Positions 8,930 through 17,632 of a stretch of DNA of 35,908 bases are shown in pieces. Numbering within the stretch: position 1 is the first letter of the stretch; the number at the start of each line of letters is the position of its first letter. The notes under the pieces were generated by a model. That model searched no databases and had not been told where the DNA came from. It saw only the letters and a program-made list of their open reading frames with translations. Made by a program: the position numbers and the translations under genes. Source of the stretch: Geodermatophilaceae bacterium (GTDB taxonomy: Bacteria; Actinomycetota; Actinomycetes; Mycobacteriales; Geodermatophilaceae); NCBI GenBank assembly GCA_013696785.1, contig JACCXW010000166.1, positions 1-35,908 of the forward strand, given 5' to 3'.

Positions 8930-10296
8930 GTGTCCTCCGCCGCGAAGATGACGCCTGGGTTGAGGTGGCCGGCGGGATCCAGGGCGCGCTTCACCGCCCG
9001 CATCGCCGCCAGATCCACAGGTGTACGCGACAGACCGACCCAGCGGACCTTTGCCACGCCGACGCCGTGTTCAGCGCTGATGCTGCCACCGTGCTCAGCC
9101 ACTCGACGCAGGACAATCTCCTCCACGGCACCCGGGTTGGCCGCTCCGACGACATTGACGTGCACGTTGCCCTCCGCGACGTGGCCGAAGAGCATGGTGC
9201 GGGCGGCCGGATCCACGGCGCTGACAAGGCCGGGTAGCTCCGCCAGGAACGTCGCAAGGGCGTCAAGGGGTACCGACACATCCAACTTCGTCGGCACTCC
9301 GAGGGCATTGATCGCCTCGGCAAGGGCCTCCCGGTAGGCCCACAGCGCCGCGCGCCCGGCGGGGTCCGAGGCGACCGCAACCGCGATTACGTCAGGTGAA
9401 CCGTCAAGGACCGCCCCCATCGCCTCGACGGGGTCCTCGGCTCCACCAGCCTCGATCAGCAGGTACGCCGGGTGCTCCGCCGGCAGCGGCGCCGGGAGCC
9501 GGCGGTGTGCCCGGACGAGTTGCAGTCCGTCGGCGAGGAAGAACTCCGCTGACGTGAGCCCTGGAAGGCCGCTCCGGGCCTGTCCGACGACCCGCGCGAG
9601 CGAGTCGACGCCGGGCAGCCCTAGCAGGGCGACCACCTGATGCCGGTCCGGCGAGACCAGCCGCAAACGGACCGCCGTGATCACCCCTAGCGTTCCCTCG
9701 CTGCCGGTGAGCAGCCCAGGCAGGTCGTAGCCGACGTTGTCCTTGGCCAGCCCGGACATCCGCCGCAGGACGCCGCCGCCGGCCAGCACCGCCTCCAGCC
9801 CAGCCACCTGGCGTCGCATGCTGCCGTGACGCAGTACCTGCTCACCCCCTGCGTTGGTTGCCACCATCCCGCCGATCGTGGCTGATTCGCGGGCGGCGAA
9901 GTCAATGCCGACATCCAGCCCGGCAGCCTGCGCGTGCCTCCGGACAGCAGACAGGGTGCTGCCCGCGCCGACGGTGACCTGACCCGACAAGATGTCCACC
10001 GGATCCAGATCGGACAGGCGGCGCACGCTGAGCACGATCTCGCCACCCCGCGGAACGGATCCGCCCACGAGCCCCGTATTGCCGCCCTGCGGGATCACCG
10101 CCACGCCGAACTCGGCGCAGATCGCGAGCGCCGCCGCGACCTGCTGTGTGTCGGCCGGCCGCACCACGGCGCGGGCACGGCCGCGGAACCGCCCCGTCCA
10201 GTCGACCTCGTACGTGGCGCACACGTCCGCCTCGGACAGGACATGCTCCGGTCCGAGGACGCCGACGAGTGCACTCATCAGGGTGTCTATGGGCAC
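8923..10296 (-). CDS. FAD-binding (FAD-linked) oxidase, GlcD/D-lactate dehydrogenase superfamily
   Basis: 457 aa. The FAD_binding_4-type region is VVRPADTQQVAAALAICAEFGVAVIPQGGNTGLVGGSVP. The C-terminal motif GSISAEHGVGVAK is typical of FAD-linked oxidases. GTG start at 10294-10296 (alternative ATG at 10276-10278). Confidence 0.85.
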   Translation of the reverse strand: MPIDTLMSALVGVLGPEHVLSEADVCATYEVDWTGRFRGRARAVVRPADTQQVAAALAICAEFGVAVIPQGGNTGLVGGSVPRGGEIVLSVRRLSDLDPVDILSGQVTVGAGSTLSAVRRHAQAAGLDVGIDFAARESATIGGMVATNAGGEQVLRHGSMRRQVAGLEAVLAGGGVLRRMSGLAKDNVGYDLPGLLTGSEGTLGVITAVRLRLVSPDRHQVVALLGLPGVDSLARVVGQARSGLPGLTSAEFFLADGLQLVRAHRRLPAPLPAEHPAYLLIEAGGAEDPVEAMGAVLDGSPDVIAVAVASDPAGRAALWAYREALAEAINALGVPTKLDVSVPLDALATFLAELPGLVSAVDPAARTMLFGHVAEGNVHVNVVGAANPGAVEEIVLRRVAEHGGSISAEHGVGVAKVRWVGLSRTPVDLAAMRAVKRALDPAGHLNPGVIFAAEDTC

Positions 10297-10438
10297 ACCC
10301 CCATCCTGGCGGAGGTCCTATCCGGTCCCGCCTGATCAGTGCCACCGAGGTCTGATCTGCGAGGCGCCTCGATGTACGGGCGATGTTGCCCACCCAATTC
10401 TCCAAGATCACACCCGGCACAGGTCCGGGCAACCGCCA

Positions 10439-10494
10439 AGATCCCGGTCGAGATACCGGTCGAGATCCCGGTCGAGATACCGGTCGAGATCGCG
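10439..10494. repeat. Perfect 12-bp tandem array AGAT(C/A)CCGGTCG x4 plus a partial fifth unit (equivalently a 24-bp unit x2.3)
   Basis: Read directly: units at 10439-10450, 10451-10462, 10463-10474 and 10475-10486 alternate C/A at position 5, and a partial unit AGATCGCG lies at 10487-10494. A further degenerate CGAGATACG lies at 10515-10523. The array sits in the 265-nt intergenic region, about 68 nt upstream of the S9 peptidase ATG. Confidence 0.9.
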
Positions 10495-10561
10495 TTCGCC
10501 GGGTGCCGATCGGACGAGATACGTTAGCAACGCGAACCATCCAACGGTGAAAGAGACGCGC

Positions 10562-12643
10562 ATGCCTGACGACACCACCGATGCCCGCCGCGATCCCTCC
10601 GGCGATCCCGCCGGTGACCCATTCGGCGATCTTGCCCGCTTTACCGCGATGCCACGGCTGGCCGGGTTGGCGCTGTCGGTTGATGGTTCCCGACTCGTCA
10701 CGTCGGTAGCGGAGCTGAACGCGGACAAGACGAAATGGGTCACCGCGCTGTGGTCGGTCGATCCCGACGGTGCAGCGCCCGCGCGGCGGCTGACCCGGAG
10801 CGCGCCGGGCGAATCGAACCCGGTCTTCGCACCGAACGGTGACGTGCTGTTCACCTCCGCCCGGCCCGATCCGGATCTCGGCAAGGGCTCCGGCGACAAT
10901 GCGGACGATCCGAAGCCGTTCCTGTGGGCGCTGCCCGCAGACGGCGGTGAGGCCAGACTGCTCACCACCCATCCGGGTGGCATCAGCAGCGTGACGGTCG
11001 CGCCGGACGCCGGCACCGTCGTGTTCGCAGCATCGTCGATGCCTGGGGCGGAGACGGCCGAGGCCGACGGGAAACTGGCCAAGGCGCGCAAGGATGCCGG
11101 AGTCACCGCGATCTTGTTCGAGGACTACCCCATCCGGCACTGGGACCACGACCTCGGCCCCGCCCATGACCGTGTATTCGCAGCGGGTCCGCTCACCTCG
11201 GACGCCCAACCTGCTGGTCGATTGGATGCCGCCCGCGACATCACGCCGGAGACTCCGGCAACGCAGGACATCGAGGATTTCGCGCTCAGCCGCGACGGCC
11301 GCTGGCTGGCCGTCAGCATCGACGTCCCCGAAGCCGATGCCGCCCGTCGGCGACGCATCGACCTCGTCGATGTGGAGACCGGTGATCGGCGCACGGTCGC
11401 CGACGACGAGGGGTACGACTACGGCGACATGGCATTCTCCCCCGACGGCAGCCTGCTGGCCTGCATCCGCGGCCAGCACAGCAGCTGGGACGAGCCCGGC
11501 GACCAGACGCTGTGGGTCATCGATCTGGGCGGCGGCGAGGGACGTGATCTGACGCCGGACTTCCCGAATTGGCCGGCCCATCCGGCGTGGTCCGCCGACG
11601 GTGGCGCGCTGTTCTACGTTTCTGACGAGGCCGGGCACCGCCCGGTCTTCCGCGTGGAACTCGACGGTGGGGCGGTCCGCCGCCTCACCGATCGCGGGAG
11701 CTTCAGCGACCTGCAGGTGCACCCTGACGGGCAGCGGCTGTTCGCGCTGCGGACGACCGTCGATGCCCCCACGCACCCGGTCCGGCTGCAGGCCGGCCAG
11801 CAGCCTTTGGTGCTCCCGAACCCGGGCCAGCTGGGCGACCCCCCGGGCACGCTGACCGAGATCAGCACGGTCGTCGCCGACGGTTCCCGCGTGCGGTCCT
11901 GGCTGGTTCTGCCACGCGGCGCATCGGGCGAGCATCCGGCCCCGCTGCTGTTGTGGATCCACGGTGGGCCGCTGATGAGCTGGAACGCATGGTCGTGGCG
12001 CTGGAACCCGTGGCTGATGGCCGCCCGTGGGTACGCCGTACTGCTGCCCGACCCGGCCTTGTCCGCCGGCTACGGGCAGGACTTCGTCCGCCGCGGCTGG
12101 GGCAGCTGGGGCGGCGCACCTTTCACCGACCTGATGGAGATCACCGACGCGGCGATCGCCCGGGATGACATCGACGAGACGCGTACCGCGGCGATGGGCG
12201 GTTCCTTCGGCGGCTACATGGCCAACTGGGTGGCCGGTCACACCGATCGATTCCGCGCCATCGTGACGCACGCGAGCCTCTGGCAGTTGGATCAGTTCTC
12301 GGGGACGACGGACGCGGCGTACTACTGGGCCCGCGAGTTCGGCGATCCGCTGCATCAGCGACAGCGCTACGAGGACAACAGCCCGCATCACGCGGTCGCG
12401 GACATCACGACGCCGATGCTGGTCATCCACGGGGACAAGGACTACCGGGTGCCGATCGGTGAAGGTCTGCGGCTCTGGTACGACCTGCGCCGGCACGGCG
12501 TCGAGTCCAAGTTCCTCTACTTTCCCGACGAGAATCACTGGATACTCACGCCTGGCAACGCGCGGGTCTGGTACGAGACGGTGTTCGCCTTCCTCGCCGA
12601 GCATGTCTTGGACGGGAAGTGGGGCAGACCGGATTTGCTCTGA
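10562..12643 (+). CDS. S9-family (prolyl oligopeptidase/dipeptidyl aminopeptidase-like) serine peptidase with N-terminal beta-propeller
   Basis: 693 aa from ATG 10562. The N-terminal half has PD40/propeller-like repeats (FSPDGSLLA, WSADGGALFYVSDE). The C-terminal alpha/beta hydrolase has the nucleophile motif GGSFGGYM, plus HGDKDYRVP and ENHW (Asp/His of the triad). The upstream 190 codons of the track ORF overlap the FAD oxidase on the opposite strand and are rejected. Confidence 0.88.
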   Translation: MPDDTTDARRDPSGDPAGDPFGDLARFTAMPRLAGLALSVDGSRLVTSVAELNADKTKWVTALWSVDPDGAAPARRLTRSAPGESNPVFAPNGDVLFTSARPDPDLGKGSGDNADDPKPFLWALPADGGEARLLTTHPGGISSVTVAPDAGTVVFAASSMPGAETAEADGKLAKARKDAGVTAILFEDYPIRHWDHDLGPAHDRVFAAGPLTSDAQPAGRLDAARDITPETPATQDIEDFALSRDGRWLAVSIDVPEADAARRRRIDLVDVETGDRRTVADDEGYDYGDMAFSPDGSLLACIRGQHSSWDEPGDQTLWVIDLGGGEGRDLTPDFPNWPAHPAWSADGGALFYVSDEAGHRPVFRVELDGGAVRRLTDRGSFSDLQVHPDGQRLFALRTTVDAPTHPVRLQAGQQPLVLPNPGQLGDPPGTLTEISTVVADGSRVRSWLVLPRGASGEHPAPLLLWIHGGPLMSWNAWSWRWNPWLMAARGYAVLLPDPALSAGYGQDFVRRGWGSWGGAPFTDLMEITDAAIARDDIDETRTAAMGGSFGGYMANWVAGHTDRFRAIVTHASLWQLDQFSGTTDAAYYWAREFGDPLHQRQRYEDNSPHHAVADITTPMLVIHGDKDYRVPIGEGLRLWYDLRRHGVESKFLYFPDENHWILTPGNARVWYETVFAFLAEHVLDGKWGRPDLL

Positions 12644-12644
12644 A

Positions 12645-12702
12645 TTCCCCCTCTCTGCCCGGCTCCTCCATGGCGGGGGGAGACCGTTCCGGGCAGTGGG
12701 AA
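12645..12702 (+). terminator. Long imperfect GC-rich hairpin immediately after the S9 peptidase stop (possible U-tail-less terminator or mRNA stabiliser)
   Basis: TTCCC (12645-12649) pairs with GGGAA (12698-12702). CTGCCCGG (12655-12662) pairs with CCGGGCAG (12689-12696). CTCCTCC (12663-12669) pairs with GGGGGAG (12676-12682). The structure starts 2 nt after TGA 12641-12643 and has no U tract. Confidence 0.35.
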
Positions 12703-12849
12703 CGATCGCCGAGGGTTCGCCGTTGACCTCCCTGCCGGCCCGGACTTGGCCCCCGGACCCAACTCAGTCGCTACGAGCGACAACTCGCCGTGAGGCGACC
12801 AACCGGGTCGGCACCCCCCTTCCGGCTACGGCCGGCCGCTCCCCTACCG

Positions 12850-12867
12850 AGCGCGGCCGGCCGCGCT
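12850..12867. terminator. 18-nt perfect GC palindrome AGCGCGGCCGGCCGCGCT, candidate bidirectional terminator between convergent genes
   Basis: Read directly. It is followed by TTTCT on the + strand and lies 33 nt downstream of the DUF4192 stop on the - strand. Confidence 0.35.
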
Positions 12868-12899
12868 TTCTGCGCCGGTGCTGACTCGGGCGCCGGCAT

Positions 12900-13934
12900 T
12901 CAGGCGGCCCTGCCGTTGCGGGTGAGCGCGGCTCTGAGCGCCTTCGGCGGCACGCCGCGGTCAAGGCCTTCGACCAGGAGCAGCGCGAACGAATAGGCGG
13001 GGTCGCTGGCCAGCGCCCGGTCCAGCGCGATCCGGGCATAGGCGCCGTTGCCGCGCAGGTAGGCGTGCACCGCGAGCAACGTCGCCGCAGGCGCGTCGTA
13101 CGGCGATGTCGCCTTGCGGACGAGCTCGACCCACACAGCCTCCGCCGCGTGCTCGAGGTCGGTCCCTGCCCAGGTGAGGGCACTGTCGCGCACCAGGACG
13201 TCAGAGAGCCCGAGGGCCAACCGGGCGACTTCGGCCGCCGACAGCTCGGCAGCGGACTCCGCGCGGGCCTGGACCGCTGCCATCAGCAGCGCCCGGCTCT
13301 CGGCGCCGACGACGTCACGGCCACGTCCGGGCAGCTCGCTCATGAACTGCCGACGCACCCGTTCGAAGGTCTGATCCAGCGCCGCCCGGGCGAGCGGGCC
13401 GACCGGCTCCAGCGCGCGTTCGAGATCTTCCCGTGAGCCATGGACCACGTCCCCCAGGAAGGCCGCGGCCGCCGCCAGCTCCGACACCTGACCCGCGTCG
13501 ACCGGCGTACCCCCCGGCGGGCAGCACTGCGGCGCCCGGCAGCGGTAGGACCGCCAGCGCCCGGACCGGACCCAGAGCGCGTCCCTGACCTCGATCCCCA
13601 TCTCCCCTGTCGCTTCTTCCAGCGCCGTCACCAGATCAGGCCGCGGCGGTTCCCCGGTCTCCTCCGTGAAAATGACGAGAAAGACGCCGCCGGCTTCGGC
13701 ATGCCGCAGATGGGTCGCGAGCAGCTGCGCCAGCGGATGCGAGCAGTCCGCCGGCGGCAGGTCCACCCGGACGGTCAGGCAGACCCGCGGCGCCTCCGAT
13801 CCGAGTCCGACGGCAACCAGAGACTCAGAGGGATGGAAGCCGACCAGATAGGGAATCGCGGCGACTATCTGTGCCGGGCTGCGCAGACGGATCGCCGGTG
13901 CGTCTTTCGCGCGGGAGGCCGATCTCCGGGACAT
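12900..13934 (-). CDS. DUF4192 domain-containing protein
   Basis: 344 aa. The N-terminal LRSPAQIVAAIPYLVGFHPSESLVAVGL and the overall Ala/Leu-rich helical C-terminus match my recollection of the actinobacterial DUF4192 family. ATG at 13932-13934. Confidence 0.75.
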   Translation of the reverse strand: MSRRSASRAKDAPAIRLRSPAQIVAAIPYLVGFHPSESLVAVGLGSEAPRVCLTVRVDLPPADCSHPLAQLLATHLRHAEAGGVFLVIFTEETGEPPRPDLVTALEEATGEMGIEVRDALWVRSGRWRSYRCRAPQCCPPGGTPVDAGQVSELAAAAAFLGDVVHGSREDLERALEPVGPLARAALDQTFERVRRQFMSELPGRGRDVVGAESRALLMAAVQARAESAAELSAAEVARLALGLSDVLVRDSALTWAGTDLEHAAEAVWVELVRKATSPYDAPAATLLAVHAYLRGNGAYARIALDRALASDPAYSFALLLVEGLDRGVPPKALRAALTRNGRAA

Positions 13935-14129
13935 GGGCCGAGCCTCGCCGGAGGAAGCGGACCGGTACAGCGCCGTCCCGGCCCTGTGGATACCGCGATT
14001 CGCCTGTGGACCAAGAACGGGACCCGATTGACGCAGCGGCTCCTTGGATGCCTGAGACGACGACGTCGGCCCGCGGTCGAGGTTCTGTCAGACTGCCCGC
14101 TGTACAGCCACTCGAGGTTCGGAGGACCG

Positions 14130-14954
14130 ATGGCAGGCACAGCACGGGATGCCGGGGACACCGCGCGCAGGGCCGCGGACAGCAAGCCACTCGAACTGCT
14201 CGCCCGGGTCGGACTGGTGGCGTACGGCGTCGTACACCTGCTCGTCGGGTGGATCGCCCTGCAGGTGGCTTGGGGTGGCAGCGGCGAGAACGCCGACCAG
14301 TCCGGCGCGCTGCAGGCGGTCGCCGAACAGTCCTTCGGACCGGCGCTGCTCTGGCTGATCGCCATCGGCCTCGTCGCGCTCGCGATTTGGCAGGCCAGCG
14401 AGGCCATCTGGGGCTTCCAGGGCGGCGACGCGAAGAAGCGTCTGCGCCGCCGTGGCACCGCCGGCGCGAAGGCCGTGATCTATCTGGTCCTGGCCATCAG
14501 CGCTGCCCGATTCGCGATGGGCTCGGGCAAATCCAGTTCGCAGTCGCAGCAGAGCGCCACATCGGGTGTCCTCGGTCTGCCGTTCGGCCAGGCCCTCGTC
14601 GCCCTCGTTGCGCTCGTCGTCATCGCTGCGGGCGTCGCGCACGTGCGCAAGGCGTTCACGAAGAAGTTCCTCAAGGAGATCGACACCTCGTCGATGTCCG
14701 ACAAGGCACGGCAGACGATCACCCGCCTCGGCCAGGTCGGATACGCGGCCAAGGGCGTCGCGCTGACCGTCGTCGGCCTGCTGCTCGGGTACGCCGCGGT
14801 CACGTTCGACCCCGACAAGGCCCGTGGATTGGACGGGGCGATGCGCACGATCGTCGCCCAGCCGTTCGGGCAGATCCTGCTCACCGCCGTCGCGCTCGGT
14901 TTTGTCGCATTCGGGCTCTTCGCCTTCGCCCAGTCCCGATACAAGCCGCTGTAG
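14130..14954 (+). CDS. DUF1206 domain-containing membrane protein
   Basis: 274 aa from ATG 14130, preceded by GGAGGA at 14121-14126. It has three repeats of a paired-TM module (LARVGLVAYGVVHLLVGWIAL...; AKAVIYLVLAISAARFA...; LGQVGYAAKGVALTVVGLLLGYAA...) typical of DUF1206. The upstream 230 codons of the track ORF are antisense to DUF4192 and are rejected. Confidence 0.8.
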   Translation: MAGTARDAGDTARRAADSKPLELLARVGLVAYGVVHLLVGWIALQVAWGGSGENADQSGALQAVAEQSFGPALLWLIAIGLVALAIWQASEAIWGFQGGDAKKRLRRRGTAGAKAVIYLVLAISAARFAMGSGKSSSQSQQSATSGVLGLPFGQALVALVALVVIAAGVAHVRKAFTKKFLKEIDTSSMSDKARQTITRLGQVGYAAKGVALTVVGLLLGYAAVTFDPDKARGLDGAMRTIVAQPFGQILLTAVALGFVAFGLFAFAQSRYKPL

Positions 14955-15072
14955 TCGGCACCGATCCTGGCCCCGGCGCGCGGAGCCTCGACGACGGCGG
15001 AGGCGGCACGAATTTCACCGATTCGGAGCCAACGGCCACTCAGTGTGGTGTCGCTGAACTAGCCTGAATCGT

Positions 15073-15843
15073 TTGCTGTCCACATCCACGGGGGTCTCGT
15101 TGTCCGCACGTCGCGTCTTGCTCGTCTCGCTGGCTATGGCGCTCTCCTTGGCCGGATGCTCGACCGAGATCGCGGGCGACGGCTCCCTCGCCCGCACGGT
15201 GACGACCGAGACGCCCCCGGGCGCCGAAGCCGGTCCTGATGAGCAGACGTCGACCACCCTGCCGGCGTTCGCCGCCGGCCTCCTTCCGGCCACCGCCTTC
15301 GGTCCGGACGCCGTCGCCGAACCCCTTCTCGCCGCGGACCGCGACAACGGCGACCCGCGGCAGCTGCCAGACGGGGCGGTCTGGTCCGACCCGGAATGTG
15401 CCACGTCCTCCGAGTCATCGGCACCGGAACCTGACAGCTACGCGGGGCAGAGCGTCATCGTCGGCAGCAGCCTCTTCATCCAGTCCGTCCAGTCGCCGTT
15501 CGAGGGCACCCCGCAGGACCCCCGCACGTACGCCGACGGCCGCGGACCGTGTCAGTCCGGGACGCTCACTCTTGCTGACGGGAGCACGGTGACCCTCACC
15601 TTCACGACGCTGGGAGTGGGTGAGCTGGGCGACCTCCGCGGCGGCAGACGAATTGACAGCGCCGGGGTCACCGCCAACGGGCTGTCCTACACCTCGGCGG
15701 TTCTGACCGCAGACGTGGTCGATGGTGAGCGAGTGTGCAGTCTCGGCATGTTCAGCCTCGTGCCGAACGAGCCCGTGGACGAGAACGCGTTCCGCGAGCT
15801 GGTCGCTGCCGCGTTCCAGTACCAGCACGACGCACTTGGCTGA
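15073..15843 (+). CDS. Putative secreted lipoprotein of unknown function
   Basis: Signal peptide with lipobox (RRVLLVSLAMALSLAGC, consensus L-A-G-C), followed by a low-complexity linker and then a globular region with three Cys. The start is uncertain: TTG 15073 or TTG 15100 (preceded by GGGGG). Confidence 0.7.
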   Translation: MLSTSTGVSLSARRVLLVSLAMALSLAGCSTEIAGDGSLARTVTTETPPGAEAGPDEQTSTTLPAFAAGLLPATAFGPDAVAEPLLAADRDNGDPRQLPDGAVWSDPECATSSESSAPEPDSYAGQSVIVGSSLFIQSVQSPFEGTPQDPRTYADGRGPCQSGTLTLADGSTVTLTFTTLGVGELGDLRGGRRIDSAGVTANGLSYTSAVLTADVVDGERVCSLGMFSLVPNEPVDENAFRELVAAAFQYQHDALG

Positions 15844-16035
15844 GCCGCCCCCGTCGCTCGCCGCGTGGAGCGGGTCGCTCACCGACAGGACGCCCGCCGC
15901 CGCGTGCGCGGGCATGTGCTGGGCACTACGGTCAGACAAGCCTTTCATCACCGGCAACGACGGAGGACGGATGAGCCGCGAGCGAGCGAGGAACGAGCGA
16001 GGAGCGGAGCACGCAGGGCACGAGGCCGACCAGAG

Positions 16036-17631
16036 TTGAGCGGCGTCGAGGTCACCGGACCGATGCATGACCGGTACGACGAGATCCTGTCGTCCCCGGT
16101 TCTGGAGTTGCTCGGCACCCTGCACCGGGAGTTCGACCCGCAGCGGCGTGAGCTGCTCGCTCGGCGCAAACAACGCGACGAAGAGCTGGCCGCGGGCGGC
16201 ACCCTCGACTTCCTCGACGACACGCGGGACATCCGCGAGGACGCCTCCTGGCGGGTGGCCGACCCAGCCGCCGGCCTCGTCGACCGGCGGGTGGAGATCA
16301 CCGGGCCTACCGACGCGAAGATGACGATCAACGCGCTCAATTCCGGAGCCAAGGTCTGGCTGGCCGACCAGGAGGACGCGAACAGCCCGCTCTGGGAGAA
16401 CGTCGTCGGGGGGCAACTGAACCTCCGCGACGCGATCACTCGAACGATCGACTTCAGCAGTGCCGACGGGAAGAGCTACGCGCTCAAGGACGACGCCGAG
16501 CTGGCGACAATCGTCGTACGACCGCGCGGCTGGCATCTGCCGGAGAAACACATTCTCGTCGACGGTGAGCCGATGTCCGGGAGCCTCGTCGACTTCGCGC
16601 TCTACCTGATCCACTGTGGACAGTTGCAGGTCGACCGCGGCGCCGGACCGTACTACTACCTGCCGAAACTGGAGAGCCACCTCGAGGCACGGCTGTGGAA
16701 CGACGTCTTCGTCCGCGCGCAGGAGCTCGTCGGCATTCCGGCCGGCACGATCCGGGCGACCGTCCTGATCGAGACGTACCCCGCGGCCTTCGAGATGGAG
16801 GAGATCCTCTACGAGCTGCGTGACCATTCGGCCGGACTCAACGCCGGCCGCTGGGACTACATGTTCAGCGTCATCAAGTGCTTTCGCACCCGCGGCAGGG
16901 AGTTCCTGCTCCCGGATCGAAATTCCGTCACGATGACGGTGCCGTTCATGCGCGCATACACCGAACTGCTCGTCCGCACCTGCCACAAACGGGGCGCGCA
17001 CGCGATCGGCGGGATGGCTGCGTTCATTCCGAGCCGGCGGGACACCGAGGCCAACGCGACGGCCCTGTCGAAGGTTCGTGACGACAAGACGCGGGAGGCC
17101 AACGACGGCTTCGACGGCTCGTGGGTCGCCCACCCCGACCTCGTCCCGGTCTGCCGGGAGGTCTTCGACCAGGTGCTCGGTGACCGTCCCAACCAGCGGG
17201 ACAAACAACGTGCTGACGTGTCTGTGTCCGCCGCTCAACTCCTCGACGTGGCTGCCACCCCCGGCGACGTTACGGAAACCGGGCTACGCAACAACATCAG
17301 CGTCGGCATCCAGTACCTCGAATCCTGGCTGCGGGGCTCTGGCGCGGTTGGCATCAACAACATGATGGAGGACGCCGCCACCGCAGAGATCTCGCGGAGC
17401 CAGGTCTGGCAGTGGCTCTACAACGAGGTCGAACTCGCCGACGGACCGCGCGTGACACGCGAGCTCGTCGAGCGGCTCATCGACGAGGAGATGGACGCCA
17501 TCCGGACCGCCCGCGGCGAAGCTTTCCGCGACGGGCGCTGGGATGAGGCGAGGTCGACGTTCACCGACATGGCGCTGTCCGAGGACTATGCCGACTTCCT
17601 GACCCTTCCGGCGTACGCCCGGATGCCGTGA
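16036..17631 (+). CDS. aceB: Malate synthase A
   Basis: 531 aa. DRRVEITGPTDAKMTINALNSGAKVWLADQEDANSP, YYYLPKLESHLEARLWNDVF, LIETYPAAFEMEEILYELRDHSAGLNAGRWDY and DGSWVAHPDL are canonical A-type malate synthase blocks. The start is tentatively TTG 16036, to include VEVTGP...DEIL, which aligns with family N-termini; the alternative is ATG 16063. Confidence 0.9.
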   Translation: MSGVEVTGPMHDRYDEILSSPVLELLGTLHREFDPQRRELLARRKQRDEELAAGGTLDFLDDTRDIREDASWRVADPAAGLVDRRVEITGPTDAKMTINALNSGAKVWLADQEDANSPLWENVVGGQLNLRDAITRTIDFSSADGKSYALKDDAELATIVVRPRGWHLPEKHILVDGEPMSGSLVDFALYLIHCGQLQVDRGAGPYYYLPKLESHLEARLWNDVFVRAQELVGIPAGTIRATVLIETYPAAFEMEEILYELRDHSAGLNAGRWDYMFSVIKCFRTRGREFLLPDRNSVTMTVPFMRAYTELLVRTCHKRGAHAIGGMAAFIPSRRDTEANATALSKVRDDKTREANDGFDGSWVAHPDLVPVCREVFDQVLGDRPNQRDKQRADVSVSAAQLLDVAATPGDVTETGLRNNISVGIQYLESWLRGSGAVGINNMMEDAATAEISRSQVWQWLYNEVELADGPRVTRELVERLIDEEMDAIRTARGEAFRDGRWDEARSTFTDMALSEDYADFLTLPAYARMP

Positions 17632-17632
17632 G

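Noticed and set aside
10439-10494. Possible CRISPR array
   Set aside because: The units are contiguous 12-mers with no spacers, far shorter than CRISPR repeats, and no cas genes are present in the window.
10339-10527. 62-aa ORF translating the 12-bp array as IPVE repeats
   Set aside because: It has no SD, poor codon bias and Cys/Arg-rich flanks. The repeat is better explained as non-coding tandem DNA.
9902-12604. 900-aa ORF on the minus strand spanning the whole S9 peptidase region
   Set aside because: It is antisense to a gene with clear S9 peptidase motifs. Its translation is Arg/Gly/Pro-rich with no recognisable domain, the typical high-GC shadow ORF.
13440-14129. Upstream 230 codons of track ORF 13440..14954
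   Set aside because: This part is antisense to DUF4192 and R/P-rich. The DUF1206 protein starts at ATG 14130, which has a GGAGGA SD.
15415-17238. 607-aa minus-strand ORF
   Set aside because: It is antisense to malate synthase A, whose motifs are unambiguous on the + strand. The translation is low-complexity and R/G/V-rich.
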